A stretch of DNA of 64,000 nucleotides from Lama guanicoe (GCA_013239625.1 MU054001.1:4566167-4630166), one strand, 5' to 3'; shown: positions 34,771 through 48,629, counted from the first letter of the stretch. A program made the numbers and translations. The notes: generated by a model from the letters alone, not told the origin.

Positions 34771-37712
34771 CTCACCCCTCTCTGTTTGCTGTCTGGCCCT
34801 GGAGGCCTCAAGCATTGCCAGCATTTTAAGTGTTAAATAGCTGTGGCAATGACAGCCCTGGTCCAGCCCTGCTTCTTGTTTGCTGTGTGACTTTGCCCCA
34901 GTTGTACCACCTCTCTGTGCCTCAGCTTCCCCATCTGTCCAGTGGGACATTAGACTGGGTCAGTGGTTTCTCACTGTGCCTGGATGAACTAGCCAGCAGG
35001 AGGCTGAGAGATGAGCTGCTGGGCCCCCAATTCTCTTTCCTCTTTTATGAGTTAAGATTTTGCATTAGCCTTCTCATGGAAATGTCAGGGAGCCCAACTG
35101 CTTAGCAAAGGTTGGGAAACTCTCAGAGTACTTCCTGTTCTGATCCCACACCAGGATCTGTTTTTGTCCAGCTGCTGCCCAGGGGGGCTTCTTATTTTAT
35201 TTTATTTTCCAGAAGTGGTCGGGGGTGCCAGGAAAGGGAAGGGATGGTAATAGTTTTATTAATAATAGCAAGGGCCACCTTTACTAAGCAGCATTAGTCT
35301 CCTAACAAGGTAGGTGCTCCCCCCACCCCTTTGTGGATGAGGAGACTGAGATTCAGAGAGGTTGGATAACTTGCCAAAGGTCACCCAGCTGTGGGCCTGG
35401 GTTTGTTTCATTCCAGACCGTGGGGCCCTGACAGCACGCGGCTCCACCTGTGGTGGCTGGGGAGGGGAGATGCCCACCTGCAGATGGAGGCCAGTGCTCT
35501 GTGGCCGCTTCCTCAGAGATCCAGCCCCCATCCCTCTCTCTGGCCATCCACATGCCCAGAGAAGTCTGGCCTCCTCGTGGCTTCCTGCTCCCACTCCAGG
35601 CACCCCTCCATCAGAGCCCTATCTTGGGCCATGCTCCTGGGTTCAGAGCAGGTGGAGAAACGGGGTAGTGGGACCATCAAGCTGTGAGCTCTCTGTGTGT
35701 GTGTTTATTTCATTTATTTATTTATAGTTTTACAATATTGGGAGCTGGAAGTCTGAATCAAATTGTACAGCCACGCCAGTTAATTGGGTTGTTTTGGAGA
35801 AACTTGGAGGTTTGGGAGGAGTTTCTTTCTTTTTTCCCTGAAGATCAGTTTCTTCTATTTACTGGAACGTAGCTCTCAGCACCAAGCATGTTTCCCGCCT
35901 GAGCCTCAGGTTGCCCATCCCAGAAAGGGAATCAGGCCTCTGTCCTTCTTTGCCCTCCAGACCCTGCACCATTGTTGGCAGAAGTAAGTATAACTTAGCA
36001 GGGCTCACAACGCACCGGGCACTTCATTTACCCCATGAGAAGGCAGATGAGCCACGTCTAGTTTACAGGTGGTGTTTCAGAAGGCTGTGTTACAGGCCTG
36101 GCCGGAGGTCCCACGGCTGCTGAGGGCCAGGCTGTGGCCATGGCCCAGGGCCTTCTCTGACCCAGCTCTCGGTCCGCTGGCAGCCTTAGCTAGACCCGGG
36201 CACAGCTGCACGCCTCCCCTTGTACTGTTGCTTCCTGAGTCCTCCGGGGTTTCCAGCAGGAAGAGGTGGGGGTCCAGCTGATCCTGCTGGTGTCCTTGAG
36301 AGAGGAGGTGTTTACTTGCTTCCTTTTGCTGCTTCTGGGGAAGGCCGAGTGAGGCCTCCTCTGGCCCTTTTCCAAGGCACTTAGGCAGGTGGCAGGGGCC
36401 TGGACCCCTGGCCCTTGAGAGCTCTTGGCCTTTCTGGGGCGGGTCTCTGGGTGGGGGATGCTGGTGGGACCATCCCAATGGTCTCAGCTACTGCGCTGCT
36501 TTCCTGTGCCTCAGGATTCAGTGGCTTCACAGGACAGAAATGAAGTCTGGACAACTCAGGCCAGAAGGGAGTTTAACAGGAGAATAAGGGGAGCTGATGG
36601 AATGAATAGAAGAAGAAACAGAATCCAGGGTAGCTTCAGAGGTTAGCAGAGCAAGGTGGAATGGCTGTTTTCTTCTGGGAACTCTCACTGAGGTGAGAGA
36701 CCCCGTCCCGCTCTGTCTCTTGTGTTGCTCTGGTCAAGGCTCCCTCTCTGGGAAGATCTGAGCATCCAGCCTGGCTGTGTCCCAGAGGAGGACGGAATTT
36801 TGACTGACGGTTTATTGAGGTCTAAAGTGGGTCAGAGATGGTTCCTTAGGGCACAAGGAGGGGCTGATAGCAGAGGCTGGGGCAGTGGGTACCTGGTGAC
36901 ACTCTGCCTGTCACGCTGCCCTGGTAGGTTGTCCTGCTGGCTTGGAAGGTCCAGCCGCCTGGGGTCAGGGTCAAGGTGGGCTGGGGGTGGAGTAGGCAGT
37001 TACGCATTAGGCTGGTTTTGAGCAATGGGGTTGGATTCACCCAGTCACGACATCTGGGGCACCAGGATGTGGGGGGGCTCTGGGGGAAGTCCTGTGCAGT
37101 GTCCTTGTGCACACGGTGATGCAGGAGCCAAGAAGGACAGGAGTTTCCCCAAAGTCCCGCAGCCTAACAGAGCCATACCTGGGGAGGGGACCAAGGAGAG
37201 TGACATAGCATTGCTTCCCAAAGTGCAGCCTGGGTACCCCTGGTGGTGTGGCAGGGAACTATAAATAGAACACACATAAACATTAAAGCAAATTAATTGC
37301 TAATGAATGTACAAGGCACAAAATTAAATACACCCCCCCCCAGCCACCCACTTCCCCTCCCTGGAGGCCACTGGTGTTACTAGGTTCGTCTGTCTAGTTC
37401 CAGAGCTGTTCTACACCCATGCACGCATATGAGAAATGCATGTATTTTCTCTCCTCCTCTATGCAAATAGAAGCACACCATACAGTCCTCCACCTTTTCT
37501 CACTTTCCAACCTGTTAGAAATAATTCCCAATCAGTTAATTTGGTGCTTCCTCAGTGCTTTTCATGTTAGCCTTTTATTATTGAAGTTTCACGAACCAGA
37601 GCGTATCTAGGTAACCAACATTAGCTCAAGAAACACCCGGGCCAGCTTCCCAGAGCATGCCCCCTGACCCCACAGCCCCACCCAAGGGTAAGGGCCATCC
37701 TCAAGTGAACAT

Positions 37713-37716
<4 letters not shown>

Positions 37717-37760
<44 letters not shown>
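37717..37760. repeat. Perfect (GT)22 microsatellite
   Basis: Uninterrupted GT run. Confidence 0.97.
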
Positions 37761-37762
<2 letters not shown>

Positions 37763-38199
37763 AAAAAGAAACCGGCCCATCCAACTTGAGATTTCCCAGG
37801 TATTACTGCTTTGGGTGAACAGCATTGTGCTGGACCCAAGGCTGTTGACTGGGGACACCAGTATCGCTGGGATGCTCAATCCCAGGAGTGTTGATGGGAC
37901 AAGTCTGAGGTTACCTCTGGGGCCATGGGGTCTTTGTCTCCTCCTGCTGCTGCCCTTAATCCCAGGTCCCCCATTTCTTATGAAACATTGGTTACCTGGT
38001 ATGGACACCCCCATAGAACAGGCAGGGAAACTTAGGGAAATGGCTTGACATCTTAACCTAGTATGTCCCAGTCTGTATCAGTGCATTGGCTCTGCCCTCT
38101 CCCTTTTTACAACCAGTCAGGCACCGAGTACCTGGACCCTGTAGAATATAACCAGGTGGAGAGGGTGTGTAGATGCTTGGGAGACGGGACCCTCTGACC

Positions 38200-38375
38200 C
38201 AGTGGTTTGGTGTGGGGTTTTAGAAGTGGATAAGCCTGGTTTGAATCCTAGCTCTGCCACTTGTTGGCTGTGTGACTGTGGGTGCGTGTCTTAACCTCTC
38301 TGAGCATAGGTTTCCTCACTTGTGAAGTGAGGATGGTTAAAAATGGCCCTGCAGGGTTACTGTGAGGATTATATG
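38200..38375 (+). mobile_element. MIR
   Basis: cctggtttgaatcctagctctgccacttgttggctgtgtgactgtggg...cttaacctctctgagcataggtttcctca...gtgaggatta. Confidence 0.85.
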
Positions 38376-41300
38376 AGCCCATCACATGTTATGTACATGC
38401 TCAGTGAACAGTCATGCTTTTCACTGTTTCAGTGATTGTGCCACTGGAGTTCTTCTCCCTGTCCACTGCCCAGGAGCTGCAGGGAAAGAGGGAGAGAAGA
38501 GCGGGCACAGAGGTTTGCTCTCTGCCTCTGTGGCATCCATCCCAAATGAGCAAATGGTTCTCAGCAGGGTCTGGGGAGCGGAATCTCTCTCTGGCTGGCT
38601 GTGGCCAGCCGGCCCCAGGGCAGCTGTCCTGTTCCCAGATCTGGGGTTCCAGGCTGGGTGGCTAAGGCAGGCAGGTTGGGTGAGGGCTGAGCAGCTGATA
38701 GCCTGGGGTGGGGTGGGAGGTAGGAGGCCAGCTGCAGCCCTGGAGTAGAGCAGAGAGCCAGACCCTGCCTTAACCCATTCTGTCCTGCAGGGATGGCTGC
38801 GCTTCCAGGAACTTTCCTTTTCGGTTACCTCTTGCGTCCTGAGAGTTCCTTGTTAGGCTGGGGGTCTCCAGCACATAGTGCAAAGGATGCTTTCTAGCCT
38901 GTAAGAAGTTTCTTGGGCATGTTTAAAAATTGCAGTGATTCACATAAACATTCAGATCTCTGGTCTTCCTGGAAAAGCCAGAAGGTATGACCCACTGAGC
39001 ATACTCCAGGTGGCAGCTATGAATGGCTTGGGGTGGGTGGTGGGGCATTCACGACCCAACTGTCCCTCCATCCCCCACTCCAACTCTCACCTCTGATCCT
39101 GGTCTAGAGAGACCTGTCAACGTCAACTCCAGCTTCTTCTATTCGAGCCTTGAATTCCCCAGGGGTCTCTCTGTCTGCTTGACCCCCTTCCATGCCAGCA
39201 GCCTCACTACCTCCTGAGCGGACCTTCCCTCGTAGCCTCTGCGGAGAGACTCCTATCTGTGCCTTCTTGAAATCTCCCTGTGGTGACTTCTATTGGTTGG
39301 TCCCGATTTGACCCCTTGAGGCCACACAACAAGCTCAGTCCCTCTGCCCTGTGACAGCACTTCAGATGCCTGCAGACAGCTCTGGGGTCCCCACGAGCCT
39401 GCCCCTCTGGGCTAAACAGTGTCTGTTCCTTCACTTTCCCTCCTAAGATGTGGTTTCAAGACCCGCCAGTACCCTGGCTCCCTTCTTTGGCCACCTCCCC
39501 GTTGGCCCGTGGACTTCTTGTGGCTGGCTTTCCAGAGCCACCACGCACACCCTGTGCAAGTGACGGCTCTGGAAGATGGCTGTGAGGACATGCCTGGGGT
39601 CCTACTTCTGTTAAAAAAGGGAAAATGTAATGCATAGAAAGTGTTCCGTAAGATGGGCCGCCTCGGAATATATTCGGCATTACGAAGAAGGGCACATCAT
39701 GGGTCAGTTTTATTTTTCTCTATGCCCACCTGTCTTTAAAATTTTTCCCCTACAGTTTAGGAAATTACAAAAGGTAAAAGGCCAAGGGCTTGGGGGTGAA
39801 TTCACTTTAACCAGCTGGTGGGTGCTTGCTGCAGCAACGCCCTGGCTCGGGACAAGGACAGAGAAGAAGGCAGGGTGGGGCTCGGCCTTGGAGGAGCTCC
39901 CAGCCCGGGGCAGCCTCACGTGCTCTGGTACCCCAGCCCGGCACTGAGAGAGGACTGTGGGCACCAGAGGAGGAGCTGGGGGAGGGAGGAGAGGTCTATT
40001 TCTCCAGGGGTCTGGAATGGCCCCTTGACAGCAGGGGTGAGGTGGGGCCTCCAACACCGAGGGGGCATTTCAGTGACGGGAGCGCCAGTAGCAATGGCCC
40101 TGAGGCAGGAGGACACGCAAATGCAGGGGCTGTAGCCTGGATGCGTGAGTTGGGGAAGGGTCCTTGAGGGCAGAAGGACTGGGGCCGGCTGGTGGCAGGC
40201 CCTGGATGCAGACGGAGGACTCTGAGGGTTGTTCTGAAGGTGAGAGCACAACAGCAAGAGTGGAGAAGGTTGGAGGCAGAGCTGGGTTGCTGGCTTCCCA
40301 GTCTGCAGCTGTGTGACCTTGGACTAGTCACTTATGGTTCTCAAGCCTCAGTCTTCTCGTGGGAAGGGGGATAAGGTGGCTGTGAGGATGAAACAAGCTG
40401 ATGCCCCCAAAGTGCTTAGGCTCGTGCCCGGCACCTGGGGCGCCCTGATGGTATTCTGCTCTGTCTCTCACGGATCTCCCGTGTGCTCGTGGGGGCAGTC
40501 AGCCTTGTATCGAGCTCATCCGGTGCTTGTGACGGCCTGTCGGTGCAGATGTGTACACTGAGTCAGAGGTGCAGCACCTACATCTGGGCCTGCTGGGCTC
40601 CACGCCTGGGCTCTTTCCACCATCCTGCCCACGTCTCAGAAGGTTTGGGGGTGAGGTGTCTGTCCTGGGGCTTGTGCCTGGGCAGACAGCTTTCCAGGCC
40701 ATCTGGCTTCCAGAGAACACTTTTTAACCTGATGACAAGGGGCTGCAGGCCTGGGGGAGTCTGTTAGTGTGGGCCCGGCCAGGTGGGGTGTGGGCTGCTT
40801 TAGCTTCTCTGGGCCCTGCCTGTGCCCATCATACCCCAAACCAGACTGTGTGATCAGCAGTAACTAGCGCAGCAGGACAGCGCTAACAGCAAGGGCGACC
40901 TGGTGGGACCGCGGAGAGAGCCCGGCCTCGGAGTCCGGGCTGGGCGGAACACCCACGTGTGACGGCAGGCACTTCTCTGCTGAGGCCTCAGCTTTCTCTT
41001 CTGTGACATGCGACACATGGTGTTGCCATCCTGACCTAACACCTTCAAGAAGAAAATGCGAATCCTTCAGGGTGTGTGTGTGTGTGTGTCAAATACAGTA
41101 AAGCTCCACGTGAACGCCATGGCTTAGTGGAGGGACTGCTGCTGGCCTCTGAGCTAGGACCCCCGCCACTGCCCCTCGGTGGGCACCATTTATCGGGCTT
41201 TTACTGAGCCCCTGATGCCGTAATCTGCATCCCCGGCATCATCTCATCGTCCTGCGGTACCCCCGAGGGCTCGATACTTGTGTCACCCCATTGGGCCCAT

Positions 41301-41496
41301 GAGGAAACTGAGGACAGCGGGATGCCACGTGCCGGGCTTCACCCAGATTGTTAGTTTCGTCGCCAGGCCTCGGAGCCCGCGTCTGCCTGATTGCAGACCC
41401 TGTGCTCTTAGCTATTGGGGTTTCCTGACTAGGAGACCTCACAGGCCAAATACAGTGATGCGCTTCCTTGCAGAAGTGCGAATGAAAGTGGGAAGG

Positions 41497-41549
41497 TTTG
41501 ACACAACATTGTAAAATGATTATAAATCAATAAAAAATGTTTAAAAAAT
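41497..41549 (+). mobile_element. Ultra-short L1 3'-terminal insertion
   Basis: tttgacacaacattgtaaaatgattataaatcaataaaaaatgtttaaaaaat, flanked by the TSD AAAGTGG(G/A)AAGG at 41485-41496 and 41550-41561. Confidence 0.7.
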
Positions 41550-44500
41550 AAAGTGGAAAGGGAGGCACCCAGGTCAAAGAGCTGGTGTGGCAGGGCAGGA
41601 CCAGGGCCCCTGGGCTCAGCTCTGTGCTTTAGAGGCCCCTCGATGGCTGTCCCCCTGGGGAAGAGGAGCCTGTGAGCAAGGGGATGTGCCCCCTGCTTCC
41701 AGACTGGTCTGCAGGGCCCCAGGACTCCCCCTGCCCATGTGGCCCTTGACTGCCCTGGGCATCCGTAGGCCTCTTCGTGTTTGTTTTCCCCATGGTGGCC
41801 AGGCCTTCAGGACGCATATCCACAGGGTCGACTAAGGGGCTGTTCAGATGGGGTGGGGCCCGGGCAGGGCTTGGACAAGTGGGTGCCCCTCTCGGTGAGG
41901 GAAGGAGCTGAGGGTGGAAGAGAAGGGGATGGACTGCAGGCTGGGGACCTGCAAATGCGAGAAGGGGTCTGGGTGAAGGGCAGGGTCCTGCCATCTGGAC
42001 GGGTGAGCCTGCCTGACCGGCACCCGGGGAGCTGCCGTGTTTGCCCCGCTGTGTGGCTCTGGTGGCCACTTCAGTGCCAGACTCCTGCGATCCTTATGGC
42101 CAGCCTTGGGAGCATGCTTCGGGGGCTATAGGGCTTGATAGAGGCACTAATGTAGTGCACGAGATCAGGGAGCACGGATGGTCTTCTCTGCCTGTGCAAA
42201 CCCACCCAGAGGTCCCCCCTTTCCCTTTGGAGCCAGGACATGAGGGGAGGAGGCAGGAGAAGCAGTCACGTCTGCACGTGCAAGTGCAGGATGGAGGCCT
42301 GGGAACTCGGGGGCCTTTCCTGTGGACTATTTCCTTGCTCTCTGTCCCTCTGTCATCTCCCTTGGGTTCTCAGGGCAGGGAGACCTGGCTGTGAATTTTG
42401 GTTCCACTACCCAGGAGCTGCATGCTGTGTCACCAGGAAGCTTGCCGAGGCCTCTCGGCCTGCTGGAGAGGATGGCACGGGATACTTCCCGTGAGGAGCC
42501 AGGCCTTGGGCAGGGCACGTGGGGCATTTGCAACAGCACAGTCTACCCTGCTTTGCACCAGCAGTGGGCCAAATGTGTTTTATCGGATGGTGAGGTGGGG
42601 TGGGGGGAGCTTCTCAGTGTGGGTGTCCTTGCATGATGTGTGGGCTGCTATGTTTTGATCGAAGGGAGCCAAACTGATTTTCCTGGCCCATCTCTTCTCT
42701 ATCCAAAGCAGAAAGTTAAATAAACACAGCCAAGTATTACCACAGGACGCGAGGAAAATGAACTTGGTCCCCACAGGCGGCCCACATCTGGCAAGCATTG
42801 GGCCTCTCAGGACTGTGGGATGAGACAGATGCGATAGAGGGTAGGAAGGGCTCAGTCTACCCCCTACCCAGCAACGTGCCTCCTCCCAGGGCTCCGTGCC
42901 GGCCGTGGGGCCTGGAGGCTGCAGGCGGTCTGCCTTCAGCTGTGTCCCTTGCCGTCTGCCGGGGCCCTGTCTGGCCTTGCCTTTGATGGGGCTCCCCCTC
43001 AGTCTTCCTGAGGCTTGTTCTCCTTGGTCCCGCTGGGGGCTTGCACTGGGATTGCAGCCTGTGAAATGGGCCCAGGCTGGTGTGGCCCACGTGCTCCGGC
43101 CCTGCCTGGTGCCGGGAGGTGGCCGGGTGCACTGGGAAGCAGCTTACTTGTCTGGATTTTCCGTCCTCCACTCAAGGCCGTGGTGGGCCCGTGAGCTACA
43201 CGCTCGAGGTGAGTTTGTAGCTGGCATGTTCCCTGCCATCCTCTGCTCAGCACTAGCCTTAAATGAACTTAAATGGGCTGGGTGGATTTCTGGAGTTCCA
43301 TGTAGGACAACTGGGATGCACTTCTTTTTGGTGGAAGGAAGTGAAGAGGTGTGGCACCTCCCCAATTCATTCATTTGTCAGAGGTTGCCCAGCACTGCTC
43401 AGGCCTGTGTTCCCCAGGCTGACATTCGTGGGTCCTGTGGTGATACAGGTGGTTGACAGGTGAGTGAGTTTTTTCCCTCCATACTTACATGTTTATTCTA
43501 CTATTAGGAAGATGTTACTTTGTATGTTTATCCCCATAGCTATTAAATTTGTTATTAGCACACCAAATGTGTGATCTCATGAGCAGTGCTGCTTAGAAGG
43601 AGGCTAGAAAAGAGGTACTTAAGTAAAAGAAGGGAGTTGATGTGAAGAAAAGCATCTGTAACTGTTAGTGCAGGGGGTGTGAGCTCCTGGCCAAGCTCGT
43701 GGGGGAGGTCTGGGGGGTTCCTGCCAGCCCCGGGAACCCGACGGCTCAGGAGGGTGAGCCCAGGGGGACTCCTGCTCTATCCACTGAGGGTCCTCATCTC
43801 GGAACTTCGGGCAGGTTTGTGTGATGTAAGGCCTGCCTTAGGGGGACCAGCTGCCAGATGGAGGTGCTCAGGGCCCCCTGAAGGCTTCCACGTGCATTCT
43901 AACCATGGTGGGTGGGCAGTGGAGCCAAGCGGGGGAGCAGGTCTGTGCTGATGAAATGTCCCCCCGGCCCAAATCAGACTTATTTAAAGTATTGACTCCT
44001 TAAACTATGAAGTATTGTGATTGCCTCTACCCGGGACAACCATGTGGAATTACAACATGTTTGGAAATGGTCACTATAGTTCATTCTTGTGGAAGGCTTG
44101 GGGCTTTTGATTTGAAGCAAGAGATGAAAGGCTGGTCTGTGTGTCCAAAACCAAATGAAAACACTTAGACAAACGTACACACACATGCAAGTGCAAACAC
44201 GCACACCAGTTATCAACAAGAGACTCAGTTTCCTCTTTGCTTGTGTCTAAGATAAACCACATGTATAACAAGCTACTGACATTTATTTACAGTATGTTAG
44301 CACAGAAGATAAGTTGTTAAGGGGTTATAAAAAAATATTAGTTTCTACTTTATGGTGCTTTTCTTCAAACCAAAGTGGAGAAGAGGCAAGAGAGTGGGAT
44401 TCTGGTTTCACTCTCTTTCCTTCCCACCCCAAAGAGCAGACAGATCTCAATAGGTGCTGTTCCTCTTCTCCCCTGAGTGGGGGGACCCCAGGCTGTTGTT

Positions 44501-46110
44501 CCTTGACCCCCGTGACCCTGGTGCCCACCTTCGGGTCCTTAGTGCTCAGTGGGCTGCTTCCATGCACCTCTGTGGGGGGCGTTGCTGTGGTCCCTATGTG
44601 CACAGCAGTGTGTGCACCCGGCTTCGTCACCTCCCATTAGAGCTGGACAGCTGGGGTGAGAACCAGTGTTGCCACTGAAACAGGATGTGGGAGCCAGACC
44701 CCATCGTAAATTCACGTTTATGTGCTGCATGTTTCTAGTTAACGAGACTGTGCAGGAGCGACTATATGAAATGAAATATATATATGAACAGGGACATTAA
44801 CCTCAGGGAGAGATGGGATTAAACATGAGGGCAGCCTGGGAGGCCTGGGGCCCTCTGCGTGTTAAGGCCCAGGCAGGCGGGTCCCCAGGAAGGGAATTTT
44901 CAGCAAATATCCCAACCCTGAATGGATTTGCTGGGGGCGCAGGCACAATAGTCCTATTTAGTGTTGCTCGCCATGTGCCAGGCACTGGGCTAAGCTCTTT
45001 AAGTGTGTTGTTTCACTTGTCTTCAAAACAAATGGGAAAATTATTACCTCCACTTTATACATGTGGGAGCGGGTGTGATGGACCTGGGCTGGCACGCCCA
45101 GCACTGACCTCGAAGACTAGTCTCTGGAGGGTTCCAGAAGGAGGAGTCATTTCCACTCCAACCTTCCCCATCAGCTGTGGCTTTTCTGAGATGGTACAGA
45201 AGGCCTGGGAAGCTCAGCCTGTCAATTACTATTTGTTCAGCACAGGCTGAGAGAGGCAGGTGGGGTTGGTGGTAGCGTGTGAGCTTTGGGGCCACGTACA
45301 CCTGGCTGCCAATCTGAGCTCCACCTCCCGTTGCCTATATGATTTAGCTCAGTTAAAAAAATTCATTTAGGTCCTGGTTTCCCCATCTGTAAAATGGGCA
45401 CCATCACCCAATCCCTTTGTCCGGCCATTGGGAGGATTAAACATAAACGTGATAACCTGTGTGAGGAACGTTAAGCGATTGTTGTTTCTAGTGTCACTGA
45501 TATGTGTCATCTTGTGTCAAGTGAACTGGAGGGTGGGAGAAAGAGGAGACGAATGGGGTCTCCCTAAAGGGCTTAGAGTGCAGTTGGGGGCAACACGTTA
45601 TGCTGTAGGATCAGAAGTTTTCTTTGTCAGGCACCTGGGTATTGGGCTCAGAACTATATACCTTTATAAACAACTTCTTATATTATCCTCAGAGCTACCT
45701 TGCAGGATTTCTATGCACAGAGAGGTTACTTCATTTGCTCCGGTCACACAGCAAACCATGGCAGATGGGGATTTAATCCTAAGGCATCTTGCTTTGGCCA
45801 CACACTGCTACAGATGAGGCCGACTGAAGTCCAAGGCCAGGGTGGTCAGGGAGAGAGTCTCGGAGGAGGTGAGCCTGAGCTCTGGGCAGTGTTTCTGACC
45901 CAGGAAGAAGGGTGGCTCTGCAGCCAGTGGTCAGGCTGACCCTGGAAGCTTGGGCAAGAAGCGTGAAGCCCTGGGTCCACAGGCAGAATCCAAAGTCGGG
46001 CTGGGTGGGGCCTGGTAGGGCTGCCTCAGATTCCCCAGAGTTTGTATTTCCTTGCTTAGGCAAATGCAGTTTGATTTGATTTTCCTGAACTTCATCTTTG
46101 AGCAGGAAAC

Positions 46111-46732
46111 TTTATTTTTTATTGAAGTATAGTTGATTTACAATATTGTGTTAGTTTCAAGTGTACAGCAAAGTGATTTGGTTATACTTACATATGTGTG
46201 TGTATATATATACATATTCTTTTCTTTGGTTCTTTTCCATTTTAGGTTATTATAAGATATTGATTATAGTTCCTTGTGCCATACAGTAAATCTGTTGTTT
46301 ATTTTATCTGTTAATCCCATACTCCCAATTTATCCCACCCAGTCCCTTCCCCTTTAGTGACCATAAATTTGTTTTCTATGTCTGTGAGTCTGTTTTGTAA
46401 ATAAGTTCATTTGTACTATTTTTTAGATTCCACATAGATGTGATATCATATTGATATTTGTCTTTCTCTGTCTGACTTACTTGACTTAGTATGATAATCT
46501 CTAGGTCTATCCATGTTGCTGTAAATGGCATGATTTCATTCTTTTTTATAGCTGAGTAGTATTCCACTGTATATATGTACCACATCTTCTTTATCCAGTC
46601 ATCTGTTGATGGACATTTAGGTTGCTTTCAGGTGTTGGCTATTGTGAATAGTGCTGCTGTGAACTTTGGGGTGCATATATCTTTTCAAATTAGAATGTTT
46701 GTCTTTTCCAGATATATGCCCATGAGTGGGAT
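46111..46732 (-). mobile_element. 5'-truncated L1
   Basis: attgaagtatagttgatttacaat...; ORF 46376-46585(-) MWYIYTVEYYSAIKKNEIMPFTATWIDLEIIILSQVSQTEKDKY. Imperfect TSD AGGAAAC(G)TTT at 46104 and 46733. Confidence 0.92.
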
Positions 46733-47374
46733 AGGAAACGTTTTATTTACATTAAAAAAAGAGACCCACGAACTTTAAAGATTTTTGTCCATGAATATCA
46801 GTCTTTCTAAAATAAGATTTGCATGTTAGTGTAAAAGGAAATCAGAATTTTATCTAGAGCTGAAGTACAAACTCATCCTAGCTCTGGGCCTCTGAGCTTG
46901 CCACCTGCCCCCTCCCTACCCCAGAACTTCTCTGGGGCCATGGCTGGGCAGAAAGGTTCCACGTCCAAGCTCTGGGCTGTGGGCTGTGGGCTGTGGGTAG
47001 GGGGTGCGCCCTGCTGTTCAGGGGCCTGCCTTTGACCTTCCCTAACTCCCACCTCCTCTTTCATGTCTACACTCTGGGTCTTTATTGTTTCCACTTGTTT
47101 CTATCTCACTCTGAGATTAGGATTCATTTAGCATCCTCCATCATACTGCAGTTCACTCATTCACTCATTCATTCATTCATTCATTCACTCAGCTTCTGTT
47201 ATGTGCAGCCCCTGAGGGGCAGGACAGTGGTAACATTTGTCACCATGGAATTCACACTGTAATGGTTGGAGGTCAAAGTCCAAGTCCCTTTTCTCATCGT
47301 TCTCACGGTACCTAGCTCAGAGTTCTAGATCACCTGAGGGACTCAGTGTTTATTTAAAGAGGAAAAGGCCAAAT

Positions 47375-47770
47375 ATACGTTGGCAATATATCTCAAAAGC
47401 CTGAAAATTGGCAAACTCTTCTTCCTAGCAATCCTGCTTTAGGGAACTAATTCTAAGAAAACTCATTGAACAAGCAAGCTTGTGACCATGTTTGATGTCT
47501 GCGGGTGAGTTTTGCAACGTGACTTCTCTTACAGTGAAAACGACCAGCAGTAGCCTAGGTGTCCAGCAACAGGGCGTTGGTTAAATTAGTCCTGGAGCTT
47601 CCTGTGACTCCCGGGACCCAGGCCACCATTAATAACATTGGTGTCGATCTGTGTCTTTGATGTGAGATGTTCATTGTTTATTGCTGAGTTAGAAAAGCAG
47701 GGTCCAGAACTGGTTGTGTTGTTCAGTTGTATGTATTGATTGTTTCAACTTTCTATAAAGTTGTAAAATG
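47375..47770 (+). mobile_element. Ancient L1ME-like fragment
   Basis: ttggcaatatatctcaaaagcctgaaaa...cctagcaatcctgctttagggaactaattctaagaaaa...cctaggtgtccagcaacagggcgttggttaaatta. Confidence 0.6.
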
Positions 47771-48629
47771 TTTTTATACAGAGAAAGTTGTGCTTTTAGT
47801 TTCCCCATTTTAACTCGCATGTATTTCCTAGTTATCTACATTGTGCGTGGATTATTTAGGTCAGAAACTTTTATAAGAAGAGAAAAGATACTTAATCTAG
47901 GAAACAATAAGAGAAGGGCAGCTCCGAGCGAGTTCAGGGACATGCGGGCAGAGCCTGAGCAGGGCCAGTGGGTGGGTGGGAGAGCTGGGCCGGTGCGGTG
48001 GGGTGTGGGCTCCTTGTGGCTTCCGGGGCTGGCGGCAGCCCCCGCCCGCACCCCGGCTGAGTGTCCCTCCCCGCCTCTCGGTGGCACCGCTCCTTTATCC
48101 GGTGCTGTGCTGACTGTGCACATCTTTCACAGCTCCACGTCCAGCAGCGTCCTGTTTGGTAGCTTGAAATTGGCTGCGGTGAGAGTGTTTACACTATAGA
48201 AAGTGGTGAACACGATAAACTGGAGCCCTTTTCCTCCCTGGACCACCTCTGCCACGTTTACCCGCACGTCTCCGTCTCCCATGGTTTTCTTTGTCTCCCC
48301 AAGGACCAGTGTGCTTGTGGGGAGACTCCAGAAGATGAATTCTCTTCTTAGGTTCCCTGGGAGTTGTCACAGAGAGGGACTTACGGAATCTGCTGTTGAT
48401 CTGAATCACTGCAGGGAGAGAGAGAATCAGAGTCTACTCTTCTGTTGGCTGACCCCACTCAGTCTGAACTAGAGCTTTTGCTTGCAGAAGTAAAACAGAG
48501 AGGTGAAGAATCCCATCTCTGGTTCCACCCCATCCTCACGCCACGGCCTTTGGCAAATTGCTTAGTGTTAGTTGCCTCAGCTGTAAAATGGGGTTAACAA
48601 ATGTCCTAATCTCATAAGATTGTGGAGGC

